From a virus (taxonomy: Duplodnaviria; Caudoviricetes): 64,000 nucleotides of DNA. The translations under genes and the position numbers were made by a program. The notes under the pieces were generated by a model. It worked only from the letters and a program-made list of their open reading frames with translations. It was not told the origin of the DNA and did no database searches. Positions 45,913-56,271 of the stretch are shown here, one piece after another; position 1 is the stretch's first letter; every line of letters begins with the position of its first letter. The stretch is from IMG/VR virus record IMGVR_UViG_3300014205_000174, one strand, 5' to 3'.

Positions 45913-46736
45913 TGATAGAAACTATGAAAGACATAATTAATTATTTTGAGACACTGGGCCTGTATTGCAGGGTATTCACGCAGCAGGAAGTTGAGGATAT
46001 TACCGGTTTTATATGCCCTGTACTTGAGCCATATGCCGCAGGGCGTACAATCCTTGTAGATAGGGAAACGAAAAAAGTTGTAGAGCAGCCCAATGTATAC
46101 CTGGAGAGCAGGCCCCCTGTGTTTTTGAACAACATTACTGTATTCATTGACGCCAAAGTAGCCAAGGACTTGGGTTACGAGGTAAAGAAATGTTTTTCTT
46201 TTTGTAAGGAAGATTTGCAGGAGGTGTCGCTTGTTTTTATTGGGAACAGTATTCCCCAAACAGAAGGCGTTATTGTAAACGGTGATAGGCATTGGGGCAA
46301 TCGCATCTATCCACTGTTTCAGCGTATGGTATCCACCCTGCTTACAAAAGAGGTATGGGATGTTGAGCCAGTTGTTGCCGATGTAATGCCTAAAGGCGAT
46401 GCCGTTTTCTTATCTGGCCCGGACAAAGAGCTTGGTCTTTATGCTGTTTTCTATTCAGGAAACAGGCGCGTACACCCAACTAAGCCAGGGCATCTACCTG
46501 TAGTAATAAATCCATACGCTCTTTTCTACCTTGATTTAGTCCAGGACGATATTTCTAACCTGTTTAAAACTAACTGGCTAGGTGGTCTGAAAATGGACAA
46601 TGATACTACAAGAGCTGAAATTCAGGAGATAGTTAGTAAATATGTTGCAGAACATCCCGAAGCCACTGTAGTCATGTTCTGTTTTAGGCGTGACAGCCCT
46701 AATTTAATTTCTTTGCCTGATTTACCAACTACCTAA
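45909..46736 (+). CDS. hypothetical protein
   Basis: 275-aa ORF. Confidence 0.55.
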   Translation: MMIETMKDIINYFETLGLYCRVFTQQEVEDITGFICPVLEPYAAGRTILVDRETKKVVEQPNVYLESRPPVFLNNITVFIDAKVAKDLGYEVKKCFSFCKEDLQEVSLVFIGNSIPQTEGVIVNGDRHWGNRIYPLFQRMVSTLLTKEVWDVEPVVADVMPKGDAVFLSGPDKELGLYAVFYSGNRRVHPTKPGHLPVVINPYALFYLDLVQDDISNLFKTNWLGGLKMDNDTTRAEIQEIVSKYVAEHPEATVVMFCFRRDSPNLISLPDLPTT

Positions 46737-46763
46737 TAAAAACCACAAAAATCACACCCATAT

Positions 46764-47015
46764 ATGAACTACCCGATTTTCGAAAAAGTACAGGATATCC
46801 TCTGTGACACATTTGGCATCAAGAGGGAGAAAGTCACTCTCGGTGCTGAGTTATCCCAGACACTGGACTTGGATTCCCTGGAGATAATTGAATTTGTTGT
46901 CGCGCTGGAAACGGAGTATAGCATCTCTATTCTTGCCGACACCTTTTCTGCCGACACGACCATAGAACAGGTGGTGGATTATTTAGAACAAAGAATAGCA
47001 GCTCACAAAAATTAA
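46764..47015 (+). CDS. acpP: acyl carrier protein
   Basis: LDLDSLEIIEFVVALE.EY.ISI phosphopantetheine site; acidic, 83 aa. Confidence 0.85.
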   Translation: MNYPIFEKVQDILCDTFGIKREKVTLGAELSQTLDLDSLEIIEFVVALETEYSISILADTFSADTTIEQVVDYLEQRIAAHKN

Positions 47016-47022
47016 GTAAAAC

Positions 47023-48302
47023 ATGAAACCAAGAGATATAGTAAATAAATACATCAACATTTATTCCGGTACCCCGGCTTATGCCGTACAGACGCTGGAA
47101 CAAAGACGGGAGACTGCTCACGGGTTAATAGTCGGTTATGGCCAAAAATGCTTTGAAACGGCAAGGAAAAGAACCGACGGCCTATACGACTATGCCGAGT
47201 CGTATGAGTACTTCAATGTAAATGACGAAAATGATATTATAGCTGACAATGCCATCGTAGAATACGAGACGCTTGTTCCCGGTGCTAAAGCCCGTATAGA
47301 GCAAGACCGGGAGGCAATGGCCGGTGATATATTGCAATACGGCATGGAGTGCTTTGCTGACGCACGCAAAAAACACGAAGCTGGATACTTAATGTATGAT
47401 AACTTCGATAATTATTTGGCCGAAACCACCTGGCCAAAACCAGATGCTGAGCCCACGGAAGGGGATAAACCAAAATTTCCAAGCCACGGACAGTATACGA
47501 TACATAGAATCTGTGACTACCAAGGCAGTGACTATCTGTCGATATATGCGCGTATGCATACCGGTGGCCATCAACTGCAAACACCTCAAGGGTTTGTTTA
47601 TTCCGAATGGTCTATGTTTTTAGACCCATATGCAATTGAGTATTACGACTGTATATCCCAAAAACCAGTTGATGCGTTTAAGGAAGACTGGGCCAAAGTT
47701 TATAATCAAACCTTGGAGGCGCTTATTGCATTTAAGGAGAATACCAGCCTGGCTCATTCCGAGGCAACGAGGAAATCATTACTAAACGTTACCAAGCACA
47801 AATGCGTAGCATATGAGTTACGTAAGCCGGAAATTAAAACTTTTGTCGAAAAATACATTTCTGCGAATAGCGATGTTTCATTTATCGAGATATACATCGG
47901 TGATGATACCGGCAAGGCTGTTACTGGCGTAGACAGCAATACCTGTGTCGACGAGCAAGTAATTCCCGCTGAAGCAAACCCATAATTTTTACACTAAACA
48001 AACCATTAAATATTATGCAAAAAGAAAAGAAATTCTCAGCGTTGCCATTCGGCGAAAATAAAGTGCTGACCGTAAAAAATAACGCCGGCGTAGATTTACT
48101 CTGCAATTGCCATAAGACACCGCCGTACCCGGTACAAAGCCCGTCGTCTAATATTGTAGGCGCTATGTCTGTGACTATGAAGGAGCGCTCCTGCAATACA
48201 GGCTGCCTGCGTGCGACAATAATAGAAAAAGACGGAAAACCGTTCTGGCAGCAGGACTGCGAGGCCAACATTCTTCAGCTTGAACTAACAGAAGTGAAAT
48301 AG
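47023..48302 (+). other. two hypothetical genes (47023-47985, 48015-48302)
   Basis: First has an internal repeat (YG..CF..ARK, twice); second is Cys-rich. Confidence 0.55.
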
Positions 48303-48303
48303 C

Positions 48304-49617
48304 ATGAACAAACCAATAACTGTAAAAAAAGTAAAGCGCATGCTTATCCTTGCCGACTGGCATGGAGCGTCCACTGGTTTCGGTACCGTAACCAACAACA
48401 TCCTTCCATATATCCAGGCTCATTACGGCAAAGACCTGCTTATTGTAATGGTTGCCATTAATTATTTTGGCGAGGAATATACGGTTGGCAATCTTACCGT
48501 GGTGTCGGCAAAGAATTACTTTGTCCCGGAGCCGCAAGCGGCGGGAGAGGGCCAGCCAATGAAAGTAATTGAGCCCGACCCATTTGGCCGACACTCCTTC
48601 CTGCGGATACTGGCAATAGATGAGGTTGGGTTCGACCTTTGCTTCATCATACAGGACTTGTCCATCGTAAGCGACCTTGCGGTTACTATGAAGGAAATGA
48701 AGAAATACAAACAGGCCCAGAATAAGCGCAACTTTAAGTCTTTGGTGTATATGCCGGTAGATGCAAAGTTGACAAAAGCGGAACTGTATAACATTGATTT
48801 CTTCGACACCATTGTCACATACAATGAATTCTCCCGTAATGAAATTGTCAGGAACAGGCCGGAACTGCTGAAGAAGGTAAAAAAGATACCGCACGGTAAT
48901 TCCAGCAAGGACTTCTTCCCCATGCCGGAGCAGGAGGTTGCGGAATTCAGAAAAGCATACTTTGGCGACAATGCCGACAAAATAATATTTGCCAACATTA
49001 ACCGCAACCAGCCGAGAAAGGCAATCGGTGAAACCATTCTTGCGTTCATTGAGGCAAAAAAAGAATGGGCTCTTGAGCGCCAGCCGTTCCTGTACCTGCA
49101 CATGATGGAGAAAGACCCGCTGATGTGGGGTTATGACTTAAAGAAAATATTTGCGCAGACCGACCTGGTAGAGAACGTAGATTATATGATTGCACCACAG
49201 GAATTCTTTACCAAGAGCAATGGAGCGCCAATAAGCTTACTACGTAGTATCTACAATGCTGTAGACATCTGCATCACCACTACTACGGGCGAAGGCTGGG
49301 GCTTATCGGTCACCGAGGCTTTTGCCTGTCGCAAGCCGGTAATACTCCCGCTGAATACTTCGCTCATTGAAATCAGCAACAATGGGCAAAGGGCTTATGG
49401 CATGACCAATATGGTTCCCTTCATCAATGAGTTTGACCATGTTATCCGGGAGCAGACGGACATATATGAATGCGCTGATACAATGAAGGGGGCGGCAAAA
49501 AACTTGCTTTCCGGAATAGACAAGCCGATTATAGATGCTGCACAGCGGTATGTCGGCACCCTTACCTGGAAGTCGGTGTCCGATAAATTTATTGCATATT
49601 TCGATGAGTTGTTTTAG
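48304..49617 (+). CDS. glycosyltransferase family 4 (GT-B)
   Basis: TGFGTV, IPHG, NRNQPRK, YNAVD..., GEGWGLSVTEAFAC. Confidence 0.88.
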   Translation: MNKPITVKKVKRMLILADWHGASTGFGTVTNNILPYIQAHYGKDLLIVMVAINYFGEEYTVGNLTVVSAKNYFVPEPQAAGEGQPMKVIEPDPFGRHSFLRILAIDEVGFDLCFIIQDLSIVSDLAVTMKEMKKYKQAQNKRNFKSLVYMPVDAKLTKAELYNIDFFDTIVTYNEFSRNEIVRNRPELLKKVKKIPHGNSSKDFFPMPEQEVAEFRKAYFGDNADKIIFANINRNQPRKAIGETILAFIEAKKEWALERQPFLYLHMMEKDPLMWGYDLKKIFAQTDLVENVDYMIAPQEFFTKSNGAPISLLRSIYNAVDICITTTTGEGWGLSVTEAFACRKPVILPLNTSLIEISNNGQRAYGMTNMVPFINEFDHVIREQTDIYECADTMKGAAKNLLSGIDKPIIDAAQRYVGTLTWKSVSDKFIAYFDELF

Positions 49618-50449
49618 TTTTATGGCGAAAAGCAGACTAAGCGACCGTGCTAATTTAGTTTCACCACTAAAACTAAACTAACGCCTATGAATGATTTTTT
49701 CAGGTACTTATATTACGCACTGTGGCTGCACCTGGCGTTTTCGGTCATAAATGCCGGACTGACTGTTTACTCCATTGAATCGGATGAAGTTGAGTCCGAT
49801 GATGATATAGACGAGCAGCACAGGCGTGCGGAGCTTAAGAGGGTGTCCCAAGATGTCCTGAAAGCAATTTCTAACATTGTAGGCAGACGCTGGGCATTGC
49901 TGTTTGCGTATCTCGGGATGATAATAGCAAATTTCATTCATTTCATCTATGTCTTTAAGTTTAAAAACTACATTAAGAAGAGGCTTAGGAAGGTATTCAA
50001 AAAAAAGAAGAAGGCGGGAATATAAATTTATCGGAAATTATATTTAGCTTTAATGATGGTTACGCTGGCTATAATATTTCTTATTGTCACAAAGTACTTA
50101 AAAAGAAAAACAACATTATGACCTTTCACCAATTAGCGGACGAACTCAGAAATGTATTTGCAGAGGAGAATCGCGTCTCCAGAAAGAAAATGAATATGTT
50201 TACTGACAAGGAGGTTGTTAACATTTTCAATACCTGCGGATGCTGTAACAACGACATTTTGGATAAGGATGAACTTGCGACTGTGTTATCTGATGTTTCT
50301 AGCGCAGATGAGTTCTTTGTCGCGATGGATATTGTTATAAGTAACAGGGGAGATGCGGAACATATATCCGATATAGAGGGAGAGCAACCGCGCAGTGCAG
50401 ACGGCTTAGGAATGATGCGCATCGACCAGGCCCGTTTAAACTAAGTTTT

Positions 50450-50689
50450 ATGTCACAGAAAAAGCAATCTTTCGGACAAAAAATAATTTGCGACAAGCAT
50501 ACCGGCATACCTGACCTGGATGCGGTAAAGAAGGCATCGGCGGCCTACCTGGATATGCTCGATGAACTTCGCGGTAAGGCTGAGGCGGAAGGCGACCTGG
50601 ACAAGATAGCGAACTACGATACGGCCATAAATCTGGTCATTCACGCAAATTACAAGGCCTGTAATGCGGTTATAGGGAATTTTAAATAA
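50450..50689 (+). CDS. possible Acb2/Tad1-like helical nucleotide-sponge protein
   Basis: SFGQK...VKKASAAYLDMLDELR...AI...A...ACNAV; resemblance by eye, divergent. Confidence 0.35.
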   Translation: MSQKKQSFGQKIICDKHTGIPDLDAVKKASAAYLDMLDELRGKAEAEGDLDKIANYDTAINLVIHANYKACNAVIGNFK

Positions 50690-50733
50690 TGCGTGATGTG
50701 GATTGGGTAATCTGACAATAATAAAAAAAGACT

Positions 50734-50934
50734 ATGGAATGTCCGAATTGCAGTGGTTCTAAAATAGAACCTAAACTAAAAACATCTACTTTTAAGCACA
50801 TAAACCCCTTTTCTGTACCATGCGAAAGATGCAAGGGGACTGGGCAAATTGGGGATGATTCTCCTTTTGAAGTTAAAAGAGAAAGATTTCATGCTTTAGT
50901 AGAATATAATTCTAGTAGAATTCGTAATACATGA
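50734..50934 (+). CDS. DnaJ-type zinc finger protein
   Basis: CPNCSGS...CERCKGTG. Confidence 0.55.
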   Translation: MECPNCSGSKIEPKLKTSTFKHINPFSVPCERCKGTGQIGDDSPFEVKRERFHALVEYNSSRIRNT

Positions 50935-51380
50935 AAAACGGCTGGATACGATTTATGGATGAAACTCCTCCAATAGGAGACCGTGTGATAGTTGCATATT
51001 CATCCGCGCCTTACAATGGTCTGTCTTGGGCTGTATCAGGTAAAATGATTGACAATGACACCGTGTTGCTGCTATATGGTAGTGAATCCGATTTCACGGT
51101 ACCTATATACAATACAAAAGATTTTGATTCTATAAATAGGGCGAATGGCGTTTTTTGTATGGCCTATGCGCATCATTGGGCTTATGATACAGAAGAAAAC
51201 AAAAAAAATCTTCATATTAAGCAGGTATGTGAAGCTGACAGAAGAAATAGGGGTGAAAAACAGCCCGTTGATGTTTCATTAGCCAAATAATACTTGGTGC
51301 GTCCTGCGCCAATAATCATTCCCGTCTACAGGTTTTCAAATTATTGGTTTTAAATCGTATATTTACGCCAAATAATTTTT

Positions 51381-51776
51381 ATGGCAACAGGTCAAGCGAG
51401 CAAACCGAAAACAAAGGCAGTCAAAAGCGGTGTTGAGAAGTCAAAGGCTACCGCGAATAAAGCTGCGCATAAACCGACACCAGCCAAAGCGGATATGCCG
51501 TCTCTCGAAAAGAGAGTAGGTGCACTGGAGATGCTGCACGGGATTCCCCCTCGTGGCAATCCCGGAAACGGCCAAGGCCCTATAGCGGGTGCTTTTTCCG
51601 TGCCTTTTATCGGCCCTTTACTCATGAGTGATGATTGTGACGAGTGCAAGGAAGCTGCTTATCGTAAGCAAAAGCTGCAACGCAAAGTGGTTATGAATGT
51701 CTTTGTGATGGGTATAGGCGTAGGTATGATACTTTCCTCATTTATTATCTCCTCTCTTATGAGGCGGTACGACTAA
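51381..51776 (+). CDS. basic protein with C-terminal TM helix
   Basis: K/A-rich N-terminus, CxxC, hydrophobic C-terminus. Confidence 0.55.
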   Translation: MATGQASKPKTKAVKSGVEKSKATANKAAHKPTPAKADMPSLEKRVGALEMLHGIPPRGNPGNGQGPIAGAFSVPFIGPLLMSDDCDECKEAAYRKQKLQRKVVMNVFVMGIGVGMILSSFIISSLMRRYD

Positions 51777-51781
51777 AATAT

Positions 51782-54700
51782 ATGGGCGTAACAAAGGCCA
51801 CTAAAAATAAACCGACCAGTAAAAAGCCTTCTGCCGCGAAGGCCGGTGTTGTATTGCCTGTACCGGCAACGCCAGCTCAATTGCGCCGTCGCTGGAATAA
51901 AAAAACTAGCCAGGTGGAAAAGCTGGCAAATAATATCCAAAGCCTGCGGTATAATCTCACTACTGATATGAAGAGTGATGACCAGAAGGTGTTTCTGACG
52001 GCTCTTTGTGTAAAGTGCATGGAGCTTACTGGTGAGCGTGTCGGCAATGACGAAAGCGCTGCTAATGGGCATAGGGGTATTACTGGATTGCTTAAATCCC
52101 AGGTAAAGGTAGAAGGTAATAAGGTTTCATTCCGGTATACCGGTAAGTCCGGGGTTAACCAGGATAAATCCGTAACGGATGAAAAACTCGCTGATGGCAT
52201 ACGTCGTGCGAAGGAAATATCCAAAGCGAAGTATCTTTTTTGTACAGATGACGGGTTTAAGATAAAGAATGACCGCGTCAACAGGTATCTGGCTGACTTT
52301 GAGATTACGGCAAAGGACTTGAGGGGCTTTTCTGCCAACCGCTGGCTGATACAGAAGTTAGTGGCCAATGATATCGCTGACGAGGAGAAGGACAGAAAAA
52401 AAGACTTCAATGCATTTGCAAAGGTTGTTGCTGCGAAAGTGGGCCACGGTACCGGCATGCTGAAAAACCAATACCTCATACCGGGGTTGGAAAAGGCGTA
52501 TGTAGAGGAAGGCAAAATAATAGACATCAAGGATATTGCCGGATATAAAAAAGGTGGTGGCGTTGAAAAGATGGAAAAGGGTGGTGTTGTGGCTAAAAAA
52601 GAATCCACTAAAAAACCAAGTCCCAGTGAACCTGCGGGAAAGACAATAAAATATTCCGAGTTTAAAGAAGATATCCAAACGTTTATATTTCAGTTCCTAG
52701 AGGATAGCGGGGCTCCGGATAAGATTCTCGATAACCTATACCGCGCAAGGTTTGTGGTTAAGCCGTATCCTATAAAAAATATTTCTCCGGAAGTAAATGA
52801 GGCGTCCCTGGATAAAGACCGGGGTGTACAACATGCGGCAAAGTTCAAAAAAGACAAGTACCAGCCGGTAATATTTTTCAACAACAAACTGATTGATGGC
52901 TTCCACAGGGCCTATTCTGAAAAACAAAAGGGTGCATCGGTTCTGTATGGTATCGAGCTGTCTGATGTTTTGCATGAAAAGAAGGCGGAGCTGAAGGCCG
53001 GCGGCCAGGTATCCAAGCCCGACCCATTTAACGAATGGTTTGCCGGCAGTAAAGTTGTCGATAGCAAGGGCCAGCCACTTATTGTTTATCATGGCACCGA
53101 TGCTGAAAATATTACAACATTCAATATTGATTTAGTTCGCGATAAATTTGGTTTCTGGTTTTCTGACGATAAGGAGTTCTCGGAAATGTTTGGCACTACA
53201 GCCATACCGGTATACCTGTGCATTAAAAACCCGCATGTAATAAGCAAAGAAAAATGGGACGATATCCGACGTGCGCATGCAAAAGATGCAGTGTGGTTTG
53301 CATCATGGCGTGACCAGTTAATATCCAAAGGTAAAGATGCGCTGATAATTGAAAGCAGCGATACGACCTTTGCTGGCACGAAAATACGTAATCCAGAAAT
53401 TTATGCGGTATTCCATCCAACGCAAATAAAGCTTGCTGACGGCTCCAATACCACATTTGACGGCAACAACCCAGACATTCGATTTGAGAAGGGCGGCCAT
53501 ATATATCGCAGTGTTGGCATGGAAGGTTACCTGGTGGGTAAAAGCAGGTGTCCATATATCGGCAAAGAAAAAGAAATTGATGCTTACGACACGGATATCC
53601 GTTGCTTCGTTTCCGAAACCAACGATACCTACCGGTTTATTTATGTTGTAAACAAAAAGAATGTTTCCGTTCTTCATATTCAAAAGGAAGGTGCTGACTG
53701 GGTAATCCGCAATGCATTTACCTTAGAGCATCACCGCAGACATGGGTATGGCCGGAGTCTTTACCTTGAGGCGCAGAAACATTTGCGCAGAGTTGTATTT
53801 TCGTCCAATTTGAGCCAGGAAGGCAAGGCATTTAAAGAAAATGTTACTCTAGAAATGCATATTGGTAATAATACGGAAATCGGTAGGATTGACGATGAAA
53901 CAGATACCCAGTTTCAGATAAAAGGAACGTGGTATGCAAAATGGATAATAAAGCCAGCGGCGGTCGCTGAAGATAATGAAGGTATACTTGTTCCGGATAA
54001 GATAAAGCCGACGATGATTATATCTGCATTTTCAAATGAGATGGATTGGGATAAGGTAGAGCGGTATGCTGATATTATGAAGGAAAGTGGTATGGAGCAT
54101 GGTTTCCCTGCTATATCTGGGTATCCTATTATTATTGATGAAAACGAAATTGGAGACCAGTTTCTTACCGGTGAGGAAGTGTCTGAACATCATGTTGGTC
54201 AGTTAGCGTGGAAGGTAACCAACGGCCATCATCGTTCTTTGGGGGCCATAAAGGCAGCTCTGCCATGGATTGACGTTGAGCTTGATTATAGTACGGTAAC
54301 TAACATGGAGCGCCATAAGCGCACAAACGGCAAGTACTACGAATCTGGCGGCATTACCGAAGATGATGAACCGAAGTCGACATTAGACCAGCTAAAAGAA
54401 GATGTTTCCGCTTGCAGGAACTTTGACATTTTCAGGGGCAGAATTGCCCTGCGCGAACCAGATGAGGTTAACGAGATAATGACTGTCCTTGGTCTTGAAA
54501 AAGCAACTACCAGGGAAATTGGTGATATTAATCTGAAAAAGCTGAAGGACTTTTATACTCAGGAAAAGCGCATAGTAAATGAGCGTCGTAAGATAAGGGG
54601 CAATGAGGCGGCAGCTATCCGCACTGAAAAAAATGTTGAGAATATCTTTGACCTTGCTAAAATATTAGGTGACGACATGGATAAGGCTGTACTGGATTAC

Positions 54701-56251
54701 GAAGAAAAGAAAGCCGCTATCAAATACCCGGTACAATTAATTACCGTGGAGCCATCTATTTTAGATGTGCTCAATGGCCTTTCGGATAAAGGATGCAGGG
54801 CGCTGATAGTTGGTGGCGCTGTCCGTGACGCTATTCTGGGCATCACCCCGAAAGATATAGACATAGAGGTTTATAACATAACCTACGCAGACCTGAGCGA
54901 ATACTTATCGCAGTACGGGAGAGTTAACCTTGTTGGTAAGAACTTTGGGGTTATTAAGTTTAATCCGGCAGCAGGTGGAATGGAATACGACTTCTCCGTT
55001 CCAAGAAGGGAAAACAAGATAGGTGTAGGCCACAAAGAATTTGAAGTGACCTTTGATACCACCATGACCATAAAGGATGCCGCAATGCGCAGGGACTTTA
55101 CGTTTAACTCCCTTGCGTATGACCCGGTATCCAATACGGTGTATGATTACTTTAATGGCCTGATGGATATCCGGCTCAAAGTAATAAGGCACACGTCTGA
55201 AAAGTTTACTGAGGACGCGCTGAGAATACTCAGGGCCATGCAGTTCCAAGCCAGATTTGATTTCACCATCGCTGAGGATACCAATACCTTAATGCGGGAA
55301 ATGCTTACTACCTCTGATGAGTTTGCATCCTTGCCAAAGGAGCGTGTTTTCGAAGAGTGGTACAAGTGGGCCTCAAAGGGCGTCCGCCACGACCTTATAT
55401 TCTCGTTCATGCGGGATTGCGGCCTTATCGACTGCTACCCGGTATTAAAGGCGCTGGCAGAAACGCCGCAGGACGCTGTGTATCACCCGGAGGGGAATGT
55501 GGAGGTGCACACTACCTTATGTCTGACTTATATGGACTCTATCTTGTCCCGGATGCCGGATATCCCGGCTGACGAGAAAGTAGTGCTGGTAATGTCCACG
55601 CTGCTTCATGATGTCGGTAAGCCTGCAACTACAGAGGAGCAGCTAAAGAATGGCAGAATGACGATTACAAGCAATGGCCATGAGGCATTGGGCGGTAAGA
55701 TGTGTCATGATTTTTTACCTTCGCTTGGGTTCCATAAAGATTTGGTAGACCCTATAGCTAATATTGTAGCTAATCATTTGGCTGGCGTGAATATTACCAT
55801 GATACCGCATGAGAGTGGCAGGGTAAAGGCAGTAAAGAAGCTAAGTAAGCGATTGTACCCGGCAACTATCCAGCAATTGCTGCATGTGATGGATGCAGAC
55901 AGTAATGGGCGTGGCTGGGAAGAATACAAAGAACCTACCGGTGCAAAGGAGCTGACGACCATAGCCGCAGACATAAACGTGACGGACAGGCCCTATGAAT
56001 TTATACTTCTGGGGCGTCACCTTATAGAAGCAGGGCTAAAGCCGTCTCCTGCATTCGGGGAGATTTTACGTAAAGCAAACGAGGCCCAGTTAAACGGCGA
56101 ATTTAATGATATTACCGGTGGCAGGCAGTGGCTGAAGGATAATTTGGATAGCTTTGTCAATGGCGGCATTATTAGTGCACCAGTTGATTTGTTTGCCGAC
56201 TCGCCTGGTGCACCAGTTGTAAATAGTGCAGTGCCGGACTTATTTCAATAA
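51782..56251 (+). CDS. polyvalent protein: topoisomerase IB / ParB-like / ART-like / GNAT / ParB-like / CCA-adding enzyme with HD domain
   Basis: TopoIB R86, K122, R181, H222, Y231; IDGFHR; PLIVYHGT...GFWFS...E.YAVF.P.QIK; HRRHGYG; VTNGHHR; VGGAVRD..DIDIE, RRDFT.N, EDALRILR, HPEG.V..H, LLHDVGK. Confidence 0.85.
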   Translation: MGVTKATKNKPTSKKPSAAKAGVVLPVPATPAQLRRRWNKKTSQVEKLANNIQSLRYNLTTDMKSDDQKVFLTALCVKCMELTGERVGNDESAANGHRGITGLLKSQVKVEGNKVSFRYTGKSGVNQDKSVTDEKLADGIRRAKEISKAKYLFCTDDGFKIKNDRVNRYLADFEITAKDLRGFSANRWLIQKLVANDIADEEKDRKKDFNAFAKVVAAKVGHGTGMLKNQYLIPGLEKAYVEEGKIIDIKDIAGYKKGGGVEKMEKGGVVAKKESTKKPSPSEPAGKTIKYSEFKEDIQTFIFQFLEDSGAPDKILDNLYRARFVVKPYPIKNISPEVNEASLDKDRGVQHAAKFKKDKYQPVIFFNNKLIDGFHRAYSEKQKGASVLYGIELSDVLHEKKAELKAGGQVSKPDPFNEWFAGSKVVDSKGQPLIVYHGTDAENITTFNIDLVRDKFGFWFSDDKEFSEMFGTTAIPVYLCIKNPHVISKEKWDDIRRAHAKDAVWFASWRDQLISKGKDALIIESSDTTFAGTKIRNPEIYAVFHPTQIKLADGSNTTFDGNNPDIRFEKGGHIYRSVGMEGYLVGKSRCPYIGKEKEIDAYDTDIRCFVSETNDTYRFIYVVNKKNVSVLHIQKEGADWVIRNAFTLEHHRRHGYGRSLYLEAQKHLRRVVFSSNLSQEGKAFKENVTLEMHIGNNTEIGRIDDETDTQFQIKGTWYAKWIIKPAAVAEDNEGILVPDKIKPTMIISAFSNEMDWDKVERYADIMKESGMEHGFPAISGYPIIIDENEIGDQFLTGEEVSEHHVGQLAWKVTNGHHRSLGAIKAALPWIDVELDYSTVTNMERHKRTNGKYYESGGITEDDEPKSTLDQLKEDVSACRNFDIFRGRIALREPDEVNEIMTVLGLEKATTREIGDINLKKLKDFYTQEKRIVNERRKIRGNEAAAIRTEKNVENIFDLAKILGDDMDKAVLDYEEKKAAIKYPVQLITVEPSILDVLNGLSDKGCRALIVGGAVRDAILGITPKDIDIEVYNITYADLSEYLSQYGRVNLVGKNFGVIKFNPAAGGMEYDFSVPRRENKIGVGHKEFEVTFDTTMTIKDAAMRRDFTFNSLAYDPVSNTVYDYFNGLMDIRLKVIRHTSEKFTEDALRILRAMQFQARFDFTIAEDTNTLMREMLTTSDEFASLPKERVFEEWYKWASKGVRHDLIFSFMRDCGLIDCYPVLKALAETPQDAVYHPEGNVEVHTTLCLTYMDSILSRMPDIPADEKVVLVMSTLLHDVGKPATTEEQLKNGRMTITSNGHEALGGKMCHDFLPSLGFHKDLVDPIANIVANHLAGVNITMIPHESGRVKAVKKLSKRLYPATIQQLLHVMDADSNGRGWEEYKEPTGAKELTTIAADINVTDRPYEFILLGRHLIEAGLKPSPAFGEILRKANEAQLNGEFNDITGGRQWLKDNLDSFVNGGIISAPVDLFADSPGAPVVNSAVPDLFQ

Positions 56252-56271
56252 CACACGCTTAATCACACAAT

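Noticed and set aside
48175-49103. Long antisense ORFs (also 51877-52608 and many others)
   Set aside because: Shadows of well-supported plus-strand genes, with no motifs of their own
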